64,000 bases of DNA, from assembly GCF_021028975.2 (NCBI RefSeq), contig NC_059436.1:25668001-25732000 (forward strand). The letters are read 5' to 3'. Positions 23,765-34,100 of this stretch are shown piece after piece (the first letter of the stretch is position 1; every line of letters starts with the position of its first letter). This DNA comes from Sphaerodactylus townsendi. Lineage: Eukaryota. The position numbers and the translations under genes are program-made. The notes beneath the pieces were generated by a model, which saw only the letters and a list, made by a program, of their open reading frames with translations, had not been told where the DNA came from and made no database searches.

Positions 23765-24785
23765 GCTGGAAATCACCTCGAGGGTCATCTAGTCCTACCT
23801 CCTGTACAATGCAGGAAACTCACAACTGCCTTCCCTCCACTCCTCCTCCAGTGATCCCTCTTCCGTGCCTGAAGGAGAGCAAAAAATCCCGCAGATCCCT
23901 GGCCAATCTGGCCTGGAGGGAAGTTCTTTCCTGACCCCAAAGTGGCAACCCGCATTGCTCTGGGCATGTAAGGAAGGGCCACAAGAGCAGAACTTTGGCT
24001 CATTTCTTTCCCCCTCATGATCTGCCTCAATTCACAAAATGAGCCCTGCCGTCAGATGGCCCTCCGCTGTCCTCTGCTTAAAAACCTTTGAAGGAGAGCC
24101 CACATCCCTCGGAGGAGGCCTGTTCCACGGAGGAGCAGCTCTGTCAGGAAGTTCTTCCAAAAGTTCAACTGAAAACTCTTGATTTCGACCTGTGGATTCT
24201 GGTCTTACCTTCTGAGGCAACGGAAAACCACTTCGTCCTCCATATGACAGCCCTTTAAGCTATCAGATCATCTCTCAGTCATCTCTCTAAGCTAAACATC
24301 TCTCTCCTAACAGACCTTGGTCTTTGGACCCTCACGACCTTCACTGCTCTCTTCTGGATGTGTTCCAGCTGGTCTGCCTCCTTCTTTAACTCTGGGGCCC
24401 AAAACGGAACACAATTCTCTAGGTGAGGTCTAACACAGCAGAGTGTATGGCGTTACCGTCCTTTTGTGTGAACTGGACACTACCTCCGTTGCTACAGCCC
24501 AAAATCACGTTAGCCTTTTCAGCTACTGCATAACACTGTTGAGTTCAGTATACTGCCAGACTCCATGATCCTTTTAGGATGTGCCTCTGCCAAGCCAAAT
24601 GTTCCCCATGCTCTAATCATGCATTTGATTTTTGCTACGTAAATGAAGAATAAAATTCATTTTGTCAGTTTTGGCCCAGTTTTCCAGTTTGTCAAGGTCA
24701 TCCTGTATCTGGACTCTGCCTTCTCCTATATTTGATAGTTCTCCCAATTTAGTTTCATTAAATGTTATGAGCATCCCTTCATCCA
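23765..24785 (-). mobile_element. 5'-truncated, degraded CR1 LINE (3' UTR plus RT end)
   Basis: Minus ORF includes ..ETKLG....EGRVQIQDDLDKLENWAKTDKMNF, a CR1 RT signature. The antisense CR1 3' end gagggtcatctagtcc lies near 23780. Confidence 0.65.
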
Positions 24786-24984
24786 AATCAGACTGAGAGG
24801 TAAGTAGAAAATGATGGGTCCAGCTGAGGCTCACAGCTGAGGGGCAATTGGAAGTCCCATCTCCCAGAGTGGCACTCTTGTACGTCTTCGGCACACACTG
24901 GGTCATGGGGTGGCAGGGGGTGCCTCCAGTGTCCCTTCCAATAAATGAAAAAACACCGTTCTCTGAAGCAATAAACTTGACATG

Positions 24985-24990
24985 TTTATT
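24985..24990 (-). terminator. KMT2A polyadenylation signal AATAAA (3' UTR about 2.3 kb)
   Basis: tttatt at the end of an AT-rich, UTR-like block (about 24960-25350) downstream of the KMT2A stop at 27293. Confidence 0.6.
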
Positions 24991-27292
24991 AATTAAACTA
25001 TCACTTAAATAAAAAAAGTGCATAGAAAATAAACATGTTTAAAAACTCCTTTTTTTTACAACTATATACACTTTTTTTTTACATTCAGTCATTTCTTGAA
25101 CCATTAAAAGAACTTCCTTCATCCCTGGGATGGCAGGGAATTAACACTGACGCACTAGAGACACGTTTCCTCTTTTGAAAGAAAAAAAAATCCAAGTCTG
25201 GAAGAACAGAAGAAAACAAAACTGAAGATTGTTTTGACATAAGTTGCATTTTGTTTGAAACAGAACCCTGTGTTTGCAGCAGAGCGTTTGCACGGCTTGA
25301 AACAAGTACTTACTACCGACACTGAATCAAAGGAACACCACAAGGACAGCTCTTGGCCGAGAGGCAAAGCGGCAGGGTCGGCTCTTCAGATACTAGGAAA
25401 GCACATGACACGGCTGAGGCACCCCGACAAGGACGGGGCCCTGAGGAAGAGAAACAAGTTGTACAAGTATTGACTGGTCACACGGAAAAGCCAGGATAAT
25501 TCCTTGCAAAGGATCCTCTCGCCAGCAGGCTCAGGCAGGGGAGCGGCCCTCACCCCCCTTGGCTGGCTGGGCTGCCTGCCTGCCTGCCGGTGGAGCAGTT
25601 GCAAGATAACCTTGATCTATAGTGTTAAAGAGAATTCAAAGCCAGGCTTCAAGACACGGTGCATTACAATAGTAGTTCCTATATATACCATATTTATAGT
25701 TATAAAACCTTGCAGGTGTGTGTTTGGGGGAGGACGTGGGGTGGGCGGACCAGCAGTCAAGGGGCAAATGACTTGATTCTGCGCAAAGGACATCTGGCAG
25801 AAGAACCCAGTATTGCTTTGCAACGGAGGAAAGACCCAGCCCTTTGCAATGACCCGCTTTTCCTTTAAAAAAATAAACACCTTAGAGGTTTGAGTCTTCG
25901 TATTCTCAGGTTTCATGATCTCTGTCAGTCCTTAGAAATATACATTCATATCGCTGGGAAGCTGCGAGGAGGGGCCCTCCTTCTGCCCCTCCCCTTGTGC
26001 AGAGAAGCCAAGCCAGTTGGAGCAACTGGGACCCCCCCCCTCCCAGGGCAGCAACCCTCCTGGCTTCCTCAGCCAACAGACAGTTTAACTGGCCACAGCA
26101 GCTGCCACTGATGGCAGCAGGGCAGACCTAGAAGCAGCAAGGGACAGTGAGTTCCACTGACTCTCCCCGGCCCCTGGGATCACGCTCAGAGTGTTCTCCA
26201 GGCAACGGGACAGGCTGCCTCCCCTGTGCCCAGGTCTGATGGGTCCCCTCCCTCCAAGTTCCAGCCGGGAGAAGACTGATGGCCAGAGAAGGAACACTGT
26301 GCCCCTCCTCCAGGCCAGGTGGGGCTTTCCGTGGTGCTGGACGGCTCATTCCAGGCGGATGGCAGGTGGGGCAAATGTATGGAGTGTGCTTGTTGGCCTG
26401 GAAGGCACCTGGTGCCAGGAGATGCTCAGCTACCAAGGCCGGGAGGGGCAGAGGGAAGGGCGGCAGGGACCTCCTCCCTCACAAGGCAGAGTCCTTCCAG
26501 GTCCAACCAAAGATGTCTGGCAAGGACCAGCGGCGACCGCAAGGCTCAGCCCCTCCTCTGCAGGAAGGAGTCAACAGCGCCCCTCCCCCCCCCAGCTCAA
26601 ATCAGAAACAGAGTCTCTTAAATTAGGATGACACCACAGTTGAAAAAATAGTCTCATAAGTGCTCCTCCCTATGAAGTGCTTCTCATAGAAAAATATACA
26701 AAATTATTTACATTTACAAAATTTTAAATACTAAAACTGTAAACAGAACCAAGTAAAATCTAATGATGCAATTCGAGAGGCGGGAACCGAACGGGCGGAA
26801 AGGAGATGCTCTCATGGGGGTGCCAAGCTCCGCCCCCTCCATCCGGTGTAATCACAATCCGGCTTTCCTATTGGCTCAGAGACTTTCTGGTCTGATGGAG
26901 GCCGTCCCCTGCCTAGAACCCTCGCCCTGGGCATGCTCACAGTGAGGGAAGGGCACCTCCTCTCTGCAGGTTCTGCACTGGCAGGGGAGGGGGCTGGGGC
27001 CTGGCTGACTAGCAGCACCCCTGCCTCCTCTGCTCCCGCACAGGTGCTGCTTCAAGGGAAAGCCACCAACAGGCCCACCAAGGCAGGAGGACAGCTAGGC
27101 CAGGCACAGGTGAGGCTCCCAGCCCCCACACTCAGAGCATCCTCCGTGGCACACGGCTCTGCGTCTCTGGAAAGGCTCCCGCTGAGACCCTGCTCCACGG
27201 GCTCATCTCCTCGACGACCCTCTTCTTGGGAGGACCAGGATGCTCGGGAGGGGTGCCCCCACCCCACCTGCCAAGCCAGCCCCCAGGCCCGA

Positions 27293-28155
27293 TCAGTTGA
27301 GGAACCGGCGGCATTTCTTGGCGCCACAGTTGCAGGGCAGTTTGTTGCTGGCGTCCTCAATGGGGAACTTGTAGTCATAGGTGAGCTCCTCGCCACGGTA
27401 GATCTTGCGCATGGCGAAGATGACGATGTGCTTCTGGCCGTCAATGTTGATGACCCGGGAATAGCAGTTGGGCTCGCAGGAGTGGTTGATGAAGCGGGCA
27501 GCGTTCCCGTGCATGGTGGCATCCACCACCTCCGAGTCATCGATGCGGAACATGTAGCAGCCGATGCCCTGGGCAGGGGGCAGAGAGAGGGCAGCTTATC
27601 CCTATGCCAGAGCCCATGGGTGCCAACAGCTCCTCAGGAAGTCCTCCGAGAGCAGCCTCATCCAGGGCTCCAAACGCATCAGGAATGCCTGAAAGCACAG
27701 ACCTCTGCAGGACTGGCCTGGCGGTACCACTGTCATTTGAGCACTTTGATCTGTGGCCCACGGACAACATCAAGTTATAGGCAGGCTGCCAAAGAATCGG
27801 CAAGCTGTCCTGCCTGGAAGCCCAGCTCCTGACTTTGGTACCTTCACGAGACACCTGTCTGGACAAGCCGACTGCCCCAAGCCTTGCTCTGAGATGGTCC
27901 AGAGGGCGGCTTGTAAGTCCCAGTCCCAGACCTGTGTAGAGGCTGTCCTACTTGCTCTGGGGGGCCCCGCCCCACCCCACCCCACCCCCGACCCCTGCCA
28001 GAGAGGCTCCTCTGCAGGGGCTCACCTTGCCATCATAGTATTTCTCCCGCTTGTCAGTTAGGATGGAGCGGATCACATTGCCAGCATATTCAATGACCAT
28101 CTCTCCCGCATCGATGTTTCTTTTGCAGAACAAGCCCCGGCCATGGATGGGGGAC
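27293..28155 (-). CDS. KMT2A: KMT2A exons 35-36: SET and post-SET domain
   Basis: [43 protein letters not shown]|[35 protein letters not shown]...ELTYDYKF...[13 protein letters not shown]. Confidence 0.98.
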
Positions 28156-31100
28156 CTAGCAAGGGAGAGCGCAGGACAACCAGTAGCATCAAGCACGACA
28201 CCCAGAGAAATCCCACCCCCCACCCGTGCCTTCCTGAGCAGGCTCCCGAACCCCCTCCTCAGCTTTTCCAGGCAGCCTCTACAACAGCCCCTCTCCTGCC
28301 AGGCTTGCTTTGACCAACCTCTGTTACCTCCACCTGCCAGCCTTTCATCTGGGCCAGACTGTTGCCTCTCACCAACCTGTAAACTCCAACAGCCTCCTTG
28401 GAGGTCTTCTCCAAGTGTCGGAACCGCATAGGCATCGGAAGGTCCATGCTGGTGGCCCTCCTGGAAATAGATTGCCGGCTTCAGAGCCTGTTGCACTGGG
28501 GCAGTGGGAAGGACCCCATGCCCCCCTGCCCCTGGCAGAGCAAGCTCAGTGCTGCTTGGCTCCCTGCAAACGGCAGAGGGGCTGGCCTAGAAGGCAGCTG
28601 GAATAGTTCTGCTCTCCAGGCCTGCAGCCAAGGTCTACTACGGGAGTCTCCCAGCCTCCTGTCCCCCTACCCACCGGGCAGACTTCAGCTGCACTTCCTC
28701 CTCCTCCTCCTCATTGGGGTTGTACTCAGGCGGCTGGCGGTGCTTGGAAGCCAGGAAGTTGAACATGTCGAAGGCAGACTTCCTGAAGGTCCAAAGAAAT
28801 GGGGCTCAGAAGCCACCAAGACGCCCCCTCCCCCCCCCCGAGGTTCCAAGTGCCTCACGTAGCCAGAATCACTTCTTTCAGCCTGGGGTGAGTGAGCCCC
28901 AAGACCCCGCCCCTCTCTGTGCACCCGCTGTGGGGGTGGGGCTGGGGGAACGAAGCCTCCGCTTGCCTCCGGTGCACCTCTGCCCTGGCACAGCCGTGTG
29001 GGTTGACTGGCGGCTCCTTGGCTTCCTCGGGCTTGTGGAACCGGAACTTGTAGTTGCGGCAGTGCTTTGCTCCAGAGAGCTGCTCGATCAGGAAGACGAC
29101 GGCATCGTGGAGGATGCCCAGCATTCTGAGCCCACTCACGCCTGCAAGGAACACACCTCGTGCCAAGGCAGGAAGACTGGCAGCTGCCCAGACTGAGCGG
29201 GGATCTGCCTCAGATTCAAGGAGGGGTGGGGGCAGCAGTGCCCTGCTTGGGGATCGCCAGAGCTCTGGTACAAAATGACCCCACCAGCAGAGGGTGACAA
29301 ACGGACCAGCCTCCACAAGGGAAGGCAGGGGATGTGTGTCAAGAGCGGCTAAAAGCCCCGATCCCTACTCGGATGTGTCAGCTCTGGGAAGCACCACAAG
29401 CTTTGTGACAAAACCAGTCAAGGAAGCAGCCCCCTTGAAGACAGAAGGATTTGCTTAGGAAATGAACCTGAGTGTCGGGAAAGGGGAATGCCCCTACCTG
29501 TGAAAGACAGCTGCTTCAGGCGAGCGTTGGAGCGGGCCTCCTGGACTCTGTCAGTCAAGCACTTCCAGGCATCTGAGACGGAGGAGAAGGAACACAAAGA
29601 CTGACGAGCCACACCGACCGCAGCTTCCCATTCCCTCCTTCCACAGTCAGAAAACCACTGAGACAAGCTCCGGCTGCTGACAGGTGGGGCCCTCCTGCAG
29701 CCCCTGAAGGGATCTGGGAGGGGTCACAAGTTGGCCCAATACAAGTGAATGCTGCTGCTGCTGCCGCTGCCACCAAAACACCCCCCACCCCCACCCCCAC
29801 CCCCACCTTCAATACTTTCGGAGCAGATCTGAAAGCCGTCATCACTTGAGATCTCAAAAATCAGTCCTTTCTTTGGCTTCCTCTCTGCCAGGCTCTCCTT
29901 CCTCTTCCGTTCTTGCTGCAGCCAGAAGATGAGAGGGGAGCTGAAAGGGCCCTCCTCCTCCTCCTCTTCCTCTTCCTCCTCCTCCTCTGCAGTTTTGGCA
30001 TCTGGAATAAAAACAGGCCCCTCTGCAGTCTGCAGTCCTCAGCCATGCCAAAGAGTTCTGTCTACATCGCTGCAGGCAGAGACTGGACTCAGCCAGGAGA
30101 GGCTGAAGTTTACATCTCCCACTCAGCCAGGAAGCTGGGGGGAGGGGCGGGGCTTAGGGGCAATAACACGACTTGCAGCTCAGTTGTGAGAAAAAGGCAG
30201 GCAGAGGAGTGCGGTTTCAAGGACACTCTCCTGGGCTCCTTGGAAAATGTGAGAGTTGCCAACCCTCTCATCCTTGGGGTTTTGAGGCAGCCTCACAGTT
30301 GGGCCAGGAAGTCCGTGTCTTTCACAAGAGCTGGAGTCCTGGCCTACGGACTGGCCTACTTGTTTATCTCGTGAATTTAAAACTTTTAAATGATGCCTTT
30401 CCCCCCAGTCAGGGTCCAAAAGGAAGCGAACATTAAAACATTGAAGCAATTACAAATCAAGTTAAAATGATTTTTAAAAATCCACTGAAAATGCAATGCC
30501 ATTCTTGGGTGCATGCCAGACACAACAAAAAGTTCTTCACATGGTAGTAGTGAAAGGCACCAATGGGAGTGAGACTGAGGAATCTCCCCAGGGTGGGAGC
30601 TCCAAAGTTCAGGTGCTGGGACAGAGGAGGCCAACCAAAGCTGGCACCGCGGAACAGAGCTGAACGTCATCTGCATACTGGTGGCAACTGAGCCCAAGTC
30701 TCCAGATGACCTCTGCCAACAGCTTTACACAGATGATGAAAAGCACAGGAGACAAGAGGGAACCTTGGGGGACCCCACATGCCAAAGGCCGAGAGGGGCG
30801 GAGCAGCAGCAGTCCCCCCGCACCACACTTAAAGGGCAGGACTGGAGCCGCTGCAGAGCAGGGCCTCCCAGTCCCAACCGAGTGGGGACATCCAAGAGGA
30901 GAAGAGAGGAGAAACGAACCTGCATTTTCTGACTTGCTGGCAGCATTCTGGGCAGGCTGTGATTCTGGGGGAGATGATGGAGTTTGCCTGTGGAAAGACA
31001 GCCAAGGGGGAGGAGAGAACGTGAGAACCCATTCTGGTTTAAGTTTTCGCATTCTTCACGGAGGCCAAAGCTACAAAGGCAGGTCAGGCTGTGGAGAAAA

Positions 31101-34100
31101 GACAGCGGGGGAAGAGGCTGCCACTTTAACGCCCGGTGACCAGCAGTCTGCCCAGACATGGAGCCCGGGTGCCTGAGCCCCACACAGGGAGAAGGCTGCA
31201 AAGCAGGAATGTTCCCGCACACAGACAGGATGCCCCCAGAAAAGGGGTGCCCAATGTCTACAGGTGAAAGCGTGTACTTTGGATTGTGCCCATAGAGGAA
31301 GCTGTTAGAGCAGCTTCTAACCTGGGCGAAGAGATGCCACCTCACTTTGTCATCCTGCTGATGGGGCTCCCACCTGGTGCCAACCTCACTCTCCTTCAGG
31401 GACCATTTTTAAGGGGTGGGGGCGGACCTTCCTTTCGCTGATTTCCTGGCATGCTTTTAGCCTGAGGATTGTTTTCATGCCTAGCATGGGAGGTTTCTGC
31501 TGTCTGTCTCACTTTAGCTGTGAGCCACCTCAGGTAGCCAGCACCGTGGGGAGGCGACACACACGCGTTCTATTTTTAAAATGAGAATAACCACCCACAT
31601 CAGGTGCCAGGCACAGCGGGAGGAGCCATCGTACCCTGGAGCCCTGGGCCAGGGCTGCTCCCCGTTTGTTGTGCCTTCAGGGCAGGAATCCTCACGTTTG
31701 AATGCAAAGCTGGCCGAGGTTGGCTTTCCCTTGTGGGCAGGCCTGGCCTCTGGGTGGTGTTTCTGGACAAGAGGCAAAGCCCTGCCTCTTGCTCAGGGCT
31801 GCCAAACCCAGACAGAGCCTGTGCAGGGCAAGGCTGGCAACGAGCAAGAGGCAGGGCTCTGCCTCTCGTCCAGAAACACCACCCAGAGGCCAGGCCTGCC
31901 CACAAGGGAAAGCCAACCTCGGCAAGCTTTGCATTCAAACGTATGGACTAAAACAAATAGAGGTGATCTGGAATCAGACAGGAGCCCCCGACTGACACGT
32001 AGCACCTTTGAACCTAGCACAGATGCTCCTCAGTCCCACCCCACCCCTGCTAGCTCTTTTTCCGTCTGGCATCCCCCCCCCCCGTACCCCCACTACAGCT
32101 GACAAAGCAATAAGACCCAGAAAGAATCCCCCCTCCCGCTCAGGGGTGTTGGAGGCCATCCGCTGGGCCCTCCGGCCCTTTCATTCTCCTGGCTGTGGAA
32201 CAGCCAAGCGGAAGGGCAGAAGCGGAAGGGCCGCGGAGGGGGCTCTCTCCTCTTACCCGACACACGAGGAATCCTGGGCTGCTGCACAGGCCCCTCGGTG
32301 GGACACGTGTTTCTCCTGCGAAGGGCCCCAAGGGTGAGAGGGTTTGTGCTTCTTCCCGGACGCTTTGCTGTCTGAGGAGGGCTGGAGCCTCTTCACTTTG
32401 AGCTTGGCTTTCAGGGAGCCTGGCCCAGAGCAGGCGGGGGCTGGCTGGTCAGCAGGTGGGGCAGCGGAGTGGGGATGGGCAGCCAGAGGGGAAGGTGGGC
32501 TTTGTTCTGGAGCTGCAGCATCAGCAACGTCCACCAACGGAGGGAAGCACGAGAGCGAAGCAGTCTGTGTAGGGACGAGGTCCTCCTTGGACAGGACAGT
32601 CCCGGTTTTGCTGCCTGGTCCGGGTGTCACAGGCTGGTAAGACCCTTCTGGGTCTGTGGTGGTGATGCCCACAGGCTGTGCTGAAGGCAAGGCACAGGGG
32701 CCCGAGGCTGCAGCCAGTGCGGAGGTGGGGCCAAGCTGTGAGAACAACCCCGAGCCAGTGGCTGGCCCACCCGCATGCTGCTCTGGGAGGCCCAGGCCCT
32801 GCTGGGAGGCTTTGATCAGCAGGCTGCTGAGAGAGCCGAGGTCTGGGACGCCCTGCAGTCCAGGGCTGCCCAGTGCCACTGACCCAGGTCCCAGCACATG
32901 CCCAGGAGCCGCTGTGCCCGCAGAAGACACTGCTGCTGATGTCTGCATAGGGACCACGTTCAGAACAGACGGCGTGGCACTGAGGCCAGCCACAGGTCCC
33001 GTGGCCAGGTGTCCTGATTCCTGCCCAGCCGCAGGAGGGGGGGTCCCAACCCCAGCTGCTGCAGCCTGGGGCAACAGGGTTGCCTGCTCAAAGTACATCA
33101 CCCCCGCCTTGGAGCGCTTGATGATGTTGGGGAGGGTTCTGTGGGGGGCAGAGTTGCTGCCTGTTCCCAGATCCAGCAGGCCCGAATGGCTGGGGAGCTG
33201 GGAGGGGGCGAAGTTGATTAGTGTCATGTTTGAGACCAAGTCAGGAGAGGCGGCAGAGGAAGGGGCCACCTTCTTATGCTTCCGTGACGGCAGGCGAGCG
33301 ATAGGCCTTTTCTTGACCAGGCCAGCAGAAGGGGTGGTGGCCGCAGGGCCAGCATCCGCCCTCTGAGTGGCTTCTGGCTCGGGTGGCTGCTGGACACCAA
33401 TCAGCAGGCCTGGGGCAGGGCTGCCAAGAGCGGGCGCGAAGCCACTCTGGGGCGCTGCGGAAAAGGAGTGCAGGTGCTGGTGATGCGGCAGAGGCAGCAG
33501 ACCTTTACTGGCCGGAGGAAAGAGCGGCTGGGACGAGGGCAAGCCGGCCAAGGCCAGCCCGGCACCCATGGGCCCGAGCACAGAAGGGCTGGCCTCCATC
33601 ACGCCCTGCGCAGAGCTGACGGAGGAGGTCAGCTGTATCTTCTGGGTGACCCCGTTGGGAAGAGTCTGCAAGACGTAGAGCGGCTGCATGTTCTGGTTCA
33701 CCACTAAAAGCTTCTCGGCAGCCGCCTTGAGATGGTGGGGGCCAGCCTGCGCAGCAGCACTCGAGATCTGAGACGGGCCCGGGCTCTCTGCTGAGTTGGG
33801 ACCGTATTTGGGGCTCTGAAGAGGGAGGGAGGGCGAAGCTGGGACCGGGAGAGCAGGTGTCCCGCTGTTCCTGGCCAAATCTTGGCTGGCTCCATGGCTT
33901 TGCTCAACTTGCCCACAGGGCGGGCTAGCAATATGGTCTGCCTCCAGGTGACCCTGAATGAAGGGGTCAGGGGTCATATGTCCTTCTGGGCTGGGGTCCA
34001 CTGGTGGGCTTAGGAGAGCTGGCTCTCCTTCACTCGTGGCAGGTTTCTCCGAGCCCGCCACTCTCTTTTCCGCAGAATCTCCGGAAGACAAAGCTAACAT

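Noticed and set aside
32120-32192. Alternative KMT2A exon-28 candidate after the pyrimidine tract at about 32195-32230
   Set aside because: It would need a 64-nt intron and has no phase-2 donor.
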